A DNA stretch of 64,000 nt, taken from contig JBCLLN010000001.1 in NCBI GenBank assembly GCA_039738635.1, positions 42,806-106,805 of the forward strand. The letters are read 5' to 3'. Source of the stretch: Candidatus Saccharimonadia bacterium (lineage in GTDB: Bacteria; Patescibacteriota; Saccharimonadia; CAILAD01; BJGX01). Positions 10,039 to 18,622 of the stretch are shown here, one piece after another; position 1 is the first letter of the stretch, and each line of letters opens with the position of its first letter. Position numbers and translations under genes: made by a program. Under the pieces are notes generated by a model. That model was not told the origin of the DNA, did not search any database, and saw only the letters and a program-made list of their open reading frames with translations.

Positions 10039-10374
10039 TTATTTGATAGCTTCAAGGTCTTTAAGACACTTATCGTATTGATCCTGTGCATCTTTCCGGC
10101 TTTCGGGGGTGTCTCCAGGGCGGTAAATTCGTGTACCCCTCTCACTTAGTTCTCTGAAGGTTGGGTCACTTGATAGGGGTTCTGCGGCTACGACATGCGC
10201 CTTTTCGATTATCGCTCTTCTTTCGTTATATGTAGTTAAGCAGCGTTGTTTCAGTTCAGCTTTTTTGACGCTTGCTACGCGTGCTTGATATGTATAGATA
10301 AAATATCCACCCAAGCCAAGTAATATCACTGTGGTACAAATTATTAGAGTATATTTGACTTTATTATCTTTCAT
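10039..10374 (-). CDS. Hypothetical membrane-anchored protein
   Basis: 111-aa ORF with an N-terminal TM helix and a two-Cys helical ectodomain. Confidence 0.6.
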   Translation of the reverse strand: MKDNKVKYTLIICTTVILLGLGGYFIYTYQARVASVKKAELKQRCLTTYNERRAIIEKAHVVAAEPLSSDPTFRELSERGTRIYRPGDTPESRKDAQDQYDKCLKDLEAIK

Positions 10375-10482
10375 ATTTTCTCTTGATAGCCAAAATATAC
10401 TCTATTTCTGAGCAGATGTCTATGAGTATGCCATAAAAAGCGATGGCAATACGGGAGTTACCGTCATGGAAGAAGATGGCAT

Positions 10483-11274
10483 TTAACTCCCTGCCTTCCA
10501 CTTCTCATTGGAATCTATATATTTTCCGACTGTCGGGTGAGTTGTAAATGTCGATGGAAACCAAAGTATTACATAGGCCTCGTCCTCTTTGCTTGCCCTA
10601 GCTTCACCAAAGACAACTCCGCCATTATATATAGCGATTAAAGTTGTTTCAGATTTACTACCCATACTTTTTACATATGCTACGTTTGCCTGTATCTGCT
10701 CTTGTGTAGCAGAAAAGCCGTCGGGATACGGAAGTTGTGGGTCATAAGAATATTCCAGAACTTCTTTATCAGTATAAATATGGGCACCAAACTCAGGTTT
10801 TCCAGCTTTTTTCGCCAAGTCGGTGAATATTGCTTTAATTTGAGTTTTGAATGCGTCATTTGATAAATCAACTGGATTAATGAGTACATAATATTGTTCG
10901 TTCTTGGCAATACCTACATTATACTTTGTTTTAACTATTTCGTATTTTGGGATAACTACAAGTTCTTCTTTTTTCGTCTCTGCATTCTGTTGTGTTTTTG
11001 TTTCAGAGTTTGGTTTATTATTAGCTGGCTGTTCTACATCAGTATTTACTATAGCTGTCATAATCGGTAACATAACAATAGCTACAACAAAAGTAACTGC
11101 AATTTTAATATTTTTGCTCCAACTTGACTTAGCCCAAGCATACCAAATTAAAAAGTAAGGAAAAAATAATATTACTAAGACTAATCCCCAGCCGTGCTTA
11201 TACCATTCTTTTTTCTTGACTTCGGGTGTTTTAACTTCTGGCGTTGTTGGTTCTTTATTCTTTTTTTCTTCCAT
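10483..11274 (-). CDS. Membrane-anchored surface protein, copy 2 of the shared N-terminus
   Basis: 263 aa, two TM helices, low-complexity linker; first 25 aa identical to 11284..11898. Confidence 0.75.
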   Translation of the reverse strand: MEEKKNKEPTTPEVKTPEVKKKEWYKHGWGLVLVILFFPYFLIWYAWAKSSWSKNIKIAVTFVVAIVMLPIMTAIVNTDVEQPANNKPNSETKTQQNAETKKEELVVIPKYEIVKTKYNVGIAKNEQYYVLINPVDLSNDAFKTQIKAIFTDLAKKAGKPEFGAHIYTDKEVLEYSYDPQLPYPDGFSATQEQIQANVAYVKSMGSKSETTLIAIYNGGVVFGEARASKEDEAYVILWFPSTFTTHPTVGKYIDSNEKWKAGS

Positions 11275-11286
11275 AAGTCCTCACTA
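11199..11286. repeat. 88-bp exact direct repeat, copy 1 (RBS plus first 25 codons)
   Basis: Identical to 11823..11910 by direct comparison. Confidence 0.92.
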
Positions 11287-11898
11287 GTTATGGAACCTGA
11301 AGGCGCCGTAGCGTGTATTCCCATTTATCTTACACTTGATGACTACATTTTTAACAGCTGTTGTATCAGGATTAAACCTTGTGCCGTCACTTTTTGTAAA
11401 TAGTGGGTAAGGGTTGTTGAGTGGACTGTTTGGTTGAAGTGGATTTCTAATAGTTCGTTCATAATCACCGTTTAGCTTGATTTCACATTCGTCCCAAGCG
11501 ACAGTTTCAAGGTTTGTTACTTCAATACCTGGGACATCATAGGCTTTCTTGATTTCAGCTTTTAGGTCGCTAGTATCTTCCTTTGGCTCTTCTTTTTTAG
11601 GCTGTGCAGTTTGTTGTGTCTGGGTGGGCGTTTCGGTAGGGCTAGCAGTATTTGTAGTCGAATTGTTGCTGCCAGTTGACACAACACCCACGACAATCAA
11701 CAAAGCAATTAAGCCTGTTAACACCCATTTTATTTTATTGCTAGCTTTGGTTTTATTCCAAATCCACCATATACCAAAAAGTGGTAAAAATAGTATTGCA
11801 ATCACAACACCCCACCAATTCATATACCATTCTTTTTTCTTGACTTCGGGTGTTTTAACTTCTGGCGTTGTTGGTTCTTTATTCTTTTTTTCTTCCAT
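11284..11898 (-). CDS. Membrane-anchored surface protein, copy 1 of the shared N-terminus
   Basis: 204 aa, two TM helices, T/Q/P-rich linker, C-terminal domain different from its neighbour. Confidence 0.75.
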   Translation of the reverse strand: MEEKKNKEPTTPEVKTPEVKKKEWYMNWWGVVIAILFLPLFGIWWIWNKTKASNKIKWVLTGLIALLIVVGVVSTGSNNSTTNTASPTETPTQTQQTAQPKKEEPKEDTSDLKAEIKKAYDVPGIEVTNLETVAWDECEIKLNGDYERTIRNPLQPNSPLNNPYPLFTKSDGTRFNPDTTAVKNVVIKCKINGNTRYGAFRFHN

Positions 11899-11910
11899 AA
11901 GTCCTCACTA
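11823..11910. repeat. 88-bp exact direct repeat, copy 2
   Basis: Identical to 11199..11286. Confidence 0.92.
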
Positions 11911-12095
11911 ATTATAGTTTTAGCATACTCCGAATTTTATATATATCAAACTAGGCTGGGCATACAATAGCAGAGTATACCTAAGCAATACAAACTTAAG
12001 AGTAGTTACCATATATAGTGAGTTAGATGGTGGGGTGTATAATAAGAAGAGTTCTAACCTGGTTCACAATGGCCAGCCATTAATGTGGTGTAATA

Positions 12096-12124
12096 TTGAC
12101 AAGGCGCTTATGATGTGCTAAGTT
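12096..12124 (+). promoter_or_regulatory. Sigma70-type promoter with extended -10
   Basis: TTGACA-N17-TAAGTT with TG at 12116-12117. Confidence 0.6.
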
Positions 12125-12129
12125 ATCCT

Positions 12130-12560
12130 TACAACTGAATAAGCCAAAAAAGCGATTTAGTTGGGAAAATGGTCCCAACGAGCTGACTTGTGAACCATCC
12201 TACGGGAAAGTAGCAAGCTCCGGAAGAAGTCCGTTATCATACTTCAACCAACGCCACCCCCTGGGTAAACTGAGTTGGTACAGAGGTTAGCCTAGCAATA
12301 GGCTGGCGAAGCAAGGTGGCACCACCATAACGGTCCTTGCAAGTTCTTGAAGCTGTATAGCTTTGGGAGTTTGCAAGGGCTTTTTAGTTGGAGACTAAAG
12401 ATGAAGAACAAAACTATATCAATTTGGTGGCGATGGTGGCCTATGCGTAGCACGGATTGTCTTTGCTCCATCGCCAATGTCTCGTCCCCTGAGAAGCGTT
12501 TGTTTGAAACCGGCAGATAAGCACAAGTTTGTCTGCTGGAACAGCCAAAAGCCCTTTCAC
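12130..12560 (+). ncRNA. Candidate large structured RNA or 5' leader of unknown family
   Basis: At least 8 stems, including a 22-bp hairpin (12333-12380) with 6 G-U pairs and a GCAA-tetraloop hairpin (12286-12307); no credible ORF. Confidence 0.6.
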
Positions 12561-12573
12561 AAGGAGGAACAAG

Positions 12574-13158
12574 ATGCGCATCACCAGGACAACACCCGAT
12601 CTTGGGCTAGCAACCGAGATCGCGGCTAGCGGGTTCTGTCAACCAGTCACGCCTGAGTTAGAGCAAGATGTAGCAGGCCATCTAGATGGTGGCGAGCTTG
12701 TTTACACCGTCCACGAAGGTGAGCAGACGGTAGGCTTCGCCATCTTCAATGTCTGGGGTAGTAATGTGCTCTATTTGAGCGGGATCATCCTCGACACCGA
12801 CCATCAGCGCCAAGAGGCGGTCTCCAAGACCATTCATGCCGCCAGAAGTGTGGCAAAAGAAGTGGCATACCTATCACTACGCACACAATCTCTGCGTATG
12901 TGGGTGGCAGGGTCGAAAGTTTGTCGGGAGTGGCACCCAACCCACACAGACGAGGAAATCCCGCCATACTTGACCGAAGTCGGCCAAGAGACCGCTGATC
13001 GAATCAAATCGGTATTCCCGATAGAAGAGGGTTGCTATGACGGCCCACTTTACGGAGAGAAGCCGGTCTACCACGACCAGATACTCCAATTATGGTGGGA
13101 TGGCATCTGTAACTTCGAGCGAGGTGACGCAGTCATCTGTGTTGGTGTTCTCTTGTAA
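12574..13158 (+). CDS. GNAT-fold acyltransferase-like protein
   Basis: AAGGAGG RBS before ATG 12574; VGFAIF...LYLSGIILDTDHQRQ resembles GNAT motif A. Confidence 0.6.
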   Translation: MRITRTTPDLGLATEIAASGFCQPVTPELEQDVAGHLDGGELVYTVHEGEQTVGFAIFNVWGSNVLYLSGIILDTDHQRQEAVSKTIHAARSVAKEVAYLSLRTQSLRMWVAGSKVCREWHPTHTDEEIPPYLTEVGQETADRIKSVFPIEEGCYDGPLYGEKPVYHDQILQLWWDGICNFERGDAVICVGVLL

Positions 13159-13225
13159 AACCGCTCAGATGATAGTAGGCGTTTAAGTCAGCATGTACCG
13201 TCATTCTGCTGGACATAGGCTGTCG

Positions 13226-13257
13226 TGGGTGGGTAGGTCTTCCGATCTACCCACCCA
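13226..13257 (+). other. Strong intergenic hairpin between the GNAT and deacylase genes
   Basis: tgggtgggtaggtc-ttcc-gatctacccaccca; no U-tract. Confidence 0.6.
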
Positions 13258-13287
13258 GCAACATTTAACTAAGTAAGGAGAAATCTC

Positions 13288-14013
13288 ATGAAGGTTATCC
13301 AAGGTAGGGGCAAAGTAGAATTAGCGGTCGTCTGCTGTCTACACGGCGACGAGGTTTTTGGTGAACAAATTTTTAGACATTATCAAGAATTGCTCGGCTC
13401 CAAAAGTGGTTTACGCTTAATACTGGCTAACGAAGAGGCGTTTAGGAAAGGTGTCCGCTATATTGATGACGATCTAAATAGAAGCTTCCCAGGCAGTACG
13501 AGTGGCAATCATGAGGCAAAGCTCGCCACAGAAATGATGCCGATTATTAAGGACGCACGATTTGTGCTTGATATACACACCACAACTTCGGATATAGAAA
13601 TGACCCCGATTGTATGTTCATTAAATCGCGACGTCAAAAAGGCTCTTAATTTAACGACAAGCAAAGAGATAGCTAAAATGGGCAAGCAAATCGCAAACCA
13701 TGCCTTAATTGGCCAAGTCAACGCTGGCATCTCATTAGAGTTCAATGAGGAGTATGCTAAGACCGGAAAAGCACTTACTGAAATGGTGAACGTGATAGAG
13801 GGCTTGTTGGGTGGTAAACAGAACCAACCTATCCAGAGACGTGTTTTTCAAATCAGTGGCACGATCCCCCTAACAGATAATTTGCCCGAGGAGACCCAAA
13901 ACTTCAGTAAGGTTGCGTCTCTCGGCATCTACCCATTCCTGTTACATGAAAGAGCATATAATAAGGCTCATCAAGGCTTTGCGGCACCTAGCTACACAAG
14001 TGTGGAGATTTAA
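13288..14013 (+). CDS. Succinylglutamate desuccinylase/aspartoacylase (M14-like) family
   Basis: HGDE, DLNRSFPG and LDIHTT zinc-binding motifs. Confidence 0.85.
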   Translation: MKVIQGRGKVELAVVCCLHGDEVFGEQIFRHYQELLGSKSGLRLILANEEAFRKGVRYIDDDLNRSFPGSTSGNHEAKLATEMMPIIKDARFVLDIHTTTSDIEMTPIVCSLNRDVKKALNLTTSKEIAKMGKQIANHALIGQVNAGISLEFNEEYAKTGKALTEMVNVIEGLLGGKQNQPIQRRVFQISGTIPLTDNLPEETQNFSKVASLGIYPFLLHERAYNKAHQGFAAPSYTSVEI

Positions 14014-14150
14014 CGATGTCTCATGGCCGTAGGCCACAAAAAAAGTTCGGAGAATGTCCAGTAAACAATCAGGCTTCTGTATTTTTTTATAAATTATTAC
14101 GCTAGTGCTGCAAGTTTGCTGTAATAGAGCTTCTCACTGCTAGTCAATAT

Positions 14151-14795
14151 TTAATCAAATAAGTAAGTGTGCGGTGCCTCTAGAAATACCGGGAAGGCAT
14201 CATCTGCGAAGTGATGGTCTGCTCCCTCGGCAACTATGACGCTCATATGGTCTTCTGCGCCCTCAGGCACAAATTGCATGGCCTCATCCTTGGACGGATC
14301 TTCACTACCCACGAGAATGGTTACTTTGTCGCCCTTGAAATTCTTGAGACCCTGCTTAATCTTACTACCCCCAAGTCTTGCGGCAGGGTTGATAAGTAGT
14401 AGCCTTGATATATTAGGATACTCCCAGGCAATCTGCGCAATTATTGAGGCGCCGGCAGAGTGAGCCATGATTCGCAGCTCAAGATCGTCGGTGCCAGCAA
14501 TAGCCTTGGTATTGTCATTAATAAACTCTAATATGTGCCTGGCATTGCTCTCCCAGTGGTATGAAGAAATAAAGGGATTCTCCATACGTACCACCGCGAC
14601 CCCAAAGCGTTCCTGTGCAGTCTCGGCAATCGTCACATACTTGTCCTCATAGCCATCGAGTGAACCATCTACGCCCGGTATGGTCAGCAAGATTACGCTT
14701 GATTCAGCCGGATGTATGGCAATAGCCAGCGAGCAGTCTATTGCGAACTCGTTCATGCTCTCTTTCCATTCAATTGTACTGTGTTTTGCTAGCAT
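14151..14795 (-). CDS. Alpha/beta hydrolase
   Basis: AHSAG nucleophile elbow, GSED, GADHHF. Confidence 0.8.
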   Translation of the reverse strand: MLAKHSTIEWKESMNEFAIDCSLAIAIHPAESSVILLTIPGVDGSLDGYEDKYVTIAETAQERFGVAVVRMENPFISSYHWESNARHILEFINDNTKAIAGTDDLELRIMAHSAGASIIAQIAWEYPNISRLLLINPAARLGGSKIKQGLKNFKGDKVTILVGSEDPSKDEAMQFVPEGAEDHMSVIVAEGADHHFADDAFPVFLEAPHTYLFD

Positions 14796-14835
14796 TAATT
14801 CCTCTTTGACAATTATAACATGGGCTATTATCTCT

Positions 14836-14877
14836 AAAAGGCCTGGCCTTTATCATGTTAGGAATTTACATATTTGC
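14836..14877 (-). repeat. REP-like element family C (AAAGGCCTGGCCTTT), diverged inverted copy
   Basis: Aligns to the reverse complement of the 43-bp repeat at 25294/26298. Confidence 0.7.
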
Positions 14878-14952
14878 CAGTAAAGTACTTTTGGGCTACC
14901 ACAGCCTTCTTAGCGTCTGTTGCATACCGCTTTGTACACCTTTTCATTCATC

Positions 14953-14969
14953 CCAGGGAGACACCCTGG
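14953..14969 (+). repeat. REP-like palindrome family A (CCAGGGAGACACCCTGG)
   Basis: Same 17-mer at 19851 (reverse complement), 22453 and 22854 (1 mismatch). Confidence 0.8.
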
Positions 14970-14998
14970 ATCACAATAGTTGAAGTTAATCCGGTTAC

Positions 14999-15556
14999 CT
15001 ACACTAAGGGCACGAAAACAAAACCAGGATGAATATTTGTTTCATATTCAGTAGCAGAGGTTTTGGTAATTTCTAGGATATTATTTTGGACGGGTATAAC
15101 CAGTTTGCCACCAACCTTTAGCTGAGCTAGCAATTCCTTTGGGAGTTTTTGTGCAGCAGCGCTTACTAAGATTCGATCGAATGGTGCGTGTTTAGGAAGC
15201 CCATAGCCATCACCAGCTTGAAAAAACCGAGCATTCTTAACCCCAATTCGTTCACAATTGTTGCGGCCAAAATCTACAAGTTCTGGTATACGCTCAGTCG
15301 CATAGACGCTACCCTTTAAGCCGACTATGTGAGAAATCAAGGCGGTAGTCCAGCCCGAACCAGAACCAATGTCTAAGACTTTGTTACTTGGCTCGGCTTC
15401 TAGCCATTCCAGCATAAGCTTGACTGTACTGGGTTGACTTATTGTTTGGCCAAAGCCGATAGGCAGAGGGGCATCAATAGCAGCCAACCCACGCTGGTCT
15501 GTAGTTACAAAATTAGCGCGGTTTATTTTTTGGAATGATTTTTCGATGTGATCCAT
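14999..15556 (-). CDS. pcm: Protein-L-isoaspartate O-methyltransferase
   Basis: PIGFGQTISQP, VLDIGSGSGW, APFDRILVSAA, QLKVGGKLVIP. Confidence 0.92.
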   Translation of the reverse strand: MDHIEKSFQKINRANFVTTDQRGLAAIDAPLPIGFGQTISQPSTVKLMLEWLEAEPSNKVLDIGSGSGWTTALISHIVGLKGSVYATERIPELVDFGRNNCERIGVKNARFFQAGDGYGLPKHAPFDRILVSAAAQKLPKELLAQLKVGGKLVIPVQNNILEITKTSATEYETNIHPGFVFVPLV

Positions 15557-15737
15557 ACAAGTTATTATATATCATTACAACTTTCATCAAAGCACATACA
15601 AGGAACTGAAATGGCCCCAGACCAAGATCTCCATCCATGACAAGTACTAAGTGATTGTAATAAATAGTATGTTAAAACATACTTTTATTCTGTTTTCAAT
15701 GGTAGACTGTTGTGATATTAAAAAGGAAGCAAATCTA

Positions 15738-17582
15738 ATGTGTGGCATTATAGGTTATCTCGGAAAGAAGCAATCAACACCTCTACTTATAGAGGGGTTA
15801 CATCGTCTAGAGTATCGAGGATACGATAGCGCTGGGATTGCAGTTGTTAACGCCGAAGGCATACATATCACAAAGACCAAGGGTCGAGTTGACGACCTAG
15901 AAGCGGAATCAAGTAAGTCAATTATAAAATCAACAATAGGCATCGGGCACACTCGTTGGGCTACTCACGGTATCCCTAATAAAATTAACGCACATCCTCA
16001 CTTAAGTGCAGATGGCAGTATTGCTTTAGTACATAATGGCATTATTGAAAATTACGCCCAGATAAAAGAAGGGCTATTAAAAAAGGGCGTCATCTTTAAA
16101 AGCCAGACCGATACAGAAGTTCTTGCAAATTTAATTGCTACTATTCAAAAAGAACAAAAAATATCAACTTTTGCGGCAGTTCAGGCGGCCTTAGCTCTAG
16201 TTAGAGGTGCCTATGCAATTGCCGTACTAAACAATGAGGACACGGATACACTGGTCGTAGCAAAAAAGAGCAGCCCATTAGCTATTGGCATCGGCGAGAA
16301 CGAGTTTATAGTCGGGTCTGATGCAACACCGATCGTCGCGCATACACAGCAGGTAATTTACATTAATGACGACGAGGTAGTTGAACTGCATCGAGACGGC
16401 ACCTACAATATAGTTTCTCTGCTCGGCACAAAAGTAAGCCCTGAGGTTCTGAAAATAGATATAGATTTGGATAAGCTTGAAAAGGGTGGCTATGCTCATT
16501 TTATGCTAAAGGAGATTAGCGAACAGCCGGAAGTTATCAGAAACACTATGCGAGGTCGGTTAAGCCTTGATCAGAGCACAGTCATGCTTGGGGGCATTAT
16601 CGATTATGAACAGCGCATATTGCGTGCGCCAAAACTAACTATTGTAGCCTGTGGTACCTCTTGGAACGCTGGACTCCTAGGCAAATACATAATTGAGGAG
16701 CTTGCCGGAATACCCGTAGAGGTTGAGTATGCTTCAGAATTTCGTTACCGAAAATCACCGCTTAATGAAAATGATGTAATCCTTGCAATTTCTCAATCAG
16801 GGGAAACAGCAGATACTTTAGCGGCAGTCGAACTTGCTAATAAGCATAAGGCCCTGACCCTTGGACTCGTAAATAATGTGGGTTCTTCGATAGCTAGAGC
16901 TACATGCGCAGGAGTATATACTCATGCTGGTCCAGAAATAAGCGTTGCTTCTACTAAGGCTTTTAGTGCACAGGTTACTGCCCTAACACTTATGGCTTTC
17001 AGGTTTGCTCAACAGCTTGGAACAATACAAAAATCTGAATTACAAAAACTATATCAACAGTTTGCGCAATTGCCTTCCTGGGTAGAAGAAACGCTCGAGA
17101 CCAAGAAAAAGGCACAAGACATATCTAAATATATAGCTGGACAAAAAATAGTTCTTTTCCTGGGTAGAAACAAATGCTATCCAGTAGCCCTGGAGGGAGC
17201 CCTAAAGCTTAAAGAAATTTCATATATTGCTTCAGAAGGTTACCCTGCCGGCGAAATGAAGCATGGCCCAATTGCATTAGTCAACAAAGGAACGCCTGTG
17301 TTTGTCATCATCCCAACAGAGACTGAGTTGAAAGACAAAATAATTAGTAGCATCCAAGAAATCAAAGCAAGAGGCGCTTATGTTATTGCTATCGGTGATG
17401 GTAAAGATAAGGAAATAAATAAAAGTATTGATGAATTGCTACAAATTCCCAGTGTTCCGGATCTTTTTTTACCAGTGGTTGCTACAACACCCCTGCAGTT
17501 TATCGCTTATTATTCGGCACTGACACTAGGAAATGATGTTGATAAACCTAGAAACTTAGCAAAATCAGTAACTGTTGAATAG
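15738..17582 (+). CDS. glmS: Glutamine-fructose-6-phosphate transaminase
   Basis: MCGIIG start, EYRGYDSAG, GHTRWATHG, C-terminal PRNLAKSVTVE. Confidence 0.97.
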   Translation: MCGIIGYLGKKQSTPLLIEGLHRLEYRGYDSAGIAVVNAEGIHITKTKGRVDDLEAESSKSIIKSTIGIGHTRWATHGIPNKINAHPHLSADGSIALVHNGIIENYAQIKEGLLKKGVIFKSQTDTEVLANLIATIQKEQKISTFAAVQAALALVRGAYAIAVLNNEDTDTLVVAKKSSPLAIGIGENEFIVGSDATPIVAHTQQVIYINDDEVVELHRDGTYNIVSLLGTKVSPEVLKIDIDLDKLEKGGYAHFMLKEISEQPEVIRNTMRGRLSLDQSTVMLGGIIDYEQRILRAPKLTIVACGTSWNAGLLGKYIIEELAGIPVEVEYASEFRYRKSPLNENDVILAISQSGETADTLAAVELANKHKALTLGLVNNVGSSIARATCAGVYTHAGPEISVASTKAFSAQVTALTLMAFRFAQQLGTIQKSELQKLYQQFAQLPSWVEETLETKKKAQDISKYIAGQKIVLFLGRNKCYPVALEGALKLKEISYIASEGYPAGEMKHGPIALVNKGTPVFVIIPTETELKDKIISSIQEIKARGAYVIAIGDGKDKEINKSIDELLQIPSVPDLFLPVVATTPLQFIAYYSALTLGNDVDKPRNLAKSVTVE

Positions 17583-17607
17583 CCTATACCTAATAATGGA
17601 GCTGTAG

Positions 17608-17655
17608 GTTCTAGACCCATATCCCAGCCAATCTGGACAATATTAACAAAAACCG
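17608..17655 (+). repeat. Imperfect ~48-bp repeat family D, copy 1
   Basis: gttctagac..cccagccaatctggacaatattaacaaaaaccg, similar to 19883..19932. Confidence 0.65.
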
Positions 17656-17706
17656 ACTTTTACTACAAAAACCGTTACTATGCCCATTGTATTCCCACAA
17701 TCCCAC

Positions 17707-17740
17707 AAGGAGACTCCTTATAAGGAGGCTCCTTTTTCTA
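17707..17740 (+). terminator. Putative intrinsic terminator after glmS
   Basis: aaggagactcct-tata-aggaggctcctt followed by a T-run. Confidence 0.55.
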
Positions 17741-17800
17741 TTTTTCTACAGCTACTATTTTTTCTATGGGATAGTGCGAAAGTCCTATATAATGAATGTT

Positions 17801-18622
17801 ATGCTTGCAGCAATCGACATTGGTGGCACCAAAATTAGGCTCGTGGTCGCAACATCACCAGAAAATATTCTCGCTGAATCAGTCTTTCCAACCCCACCTG
17901 ACCAGGCCTCCGCTTTGGCAACCATGTCTAGTGAGCTATTAAAGCTGGCTGGACAGTCAGCTATCCGGGCTATTGGTATTGCCAGCCCCGGACCGCTTGA
18001 CCGCTCTAAGGGGATTATTCTTACTCCTCACAATATCCCCTGGCACAATGTTCATATTAATGACTATTTTACTTCAGAATTTGGCTGTCCTGTGGTATTG
18101 GAGCATGATGCCACAGCTGGCGGTGTGGCCGAGGCGCGGCTAGGTGCGGGCAAAGGTAGCCGAGTGGTGCTTTATGTAACTATTGCGACTGGCATAGGTA
18201 CCAGCATTATAGTAGATGGCCAACCGTTGCCTACCAAGTATAATTCCGAAGGCGGCTTGGAAGTTATTGAGCAAGGGGGTAGCACTGCAAAACACTTTGA
18301 AGAACTTGGCAGTGGCAAAGCTATCCTGCGCGACTATGGCAAGATAGCCCGTGACATACACAACAAATCCGACTGGGACCATATCGCGCGCGTGCTGGCC
18401 ACAGGAATCTTTGACATGATTACTATAGTTGAACCAGATGTTGTGGTACTAGCCGGAGGTGTTAGTGTGCATTTTAACAAATTTATTGCCCCGCTCACGA
18501 AACACATGGCCGAACTAGGACCGCTTTATCCACTGCCACCTATTAAGCAAGGCCGGTTTGTGGAGACGGCCCCAGCAGTTGGTATGCTACTATTATCCCA
18601 AGAGTTACTAAAGAAGAAATGA
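17801..18622 (+). CDS. ROK family sugar kinase
   Basis: AIDIGGTK, GIASPGP, EHDATAGGVAE, TIATGIG; TATAAT 7 nt upstream of ATG 17801. Confidence 0.88.
   Translation: MLAAIDIGGTKIRLVVATSPENILAESVFPTPPDQASALATMSSELLKLAGQSAIRAIGIASPGPLDRSKGIILTPHNIPWHNVHINDYFTSEFGCPVVLEHDATAGGVAEARLGAGKGSRVVLYVTIATGIGTSIIVDGQPLPTKYNSEGGLEVIEQGGSTAKHFEELGSGKAILRDYGKIARDIHNKSDWDHIARVLATGIFDMITIVEPDVVVLAGGVSVHFNKFIAPLTKHMAELGPLYPLPPIKQGRFVETAPAVGMLLLSQELLKKK

Noticed and set aside
12186-12233. SRP RNA-like words (tgaaccat, ccggaag) in the structured leader
   Set aside because: The conserved CAGG...GGAA...AGCAG domain IV geometry is missing
12390-12480. Group I intron R-like GAGACTA and fluoride-riboswitch-like GGCGATGG
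   Set aside because: No matching S element or P7 partner, and no UCGCC/CUGAUGAC pseudoknot partner
15557-15737. glmS ribozyme upstream of glmS
   Set aside because: The AGCGCC...GACGAGG core is not present; the region is AT-rich
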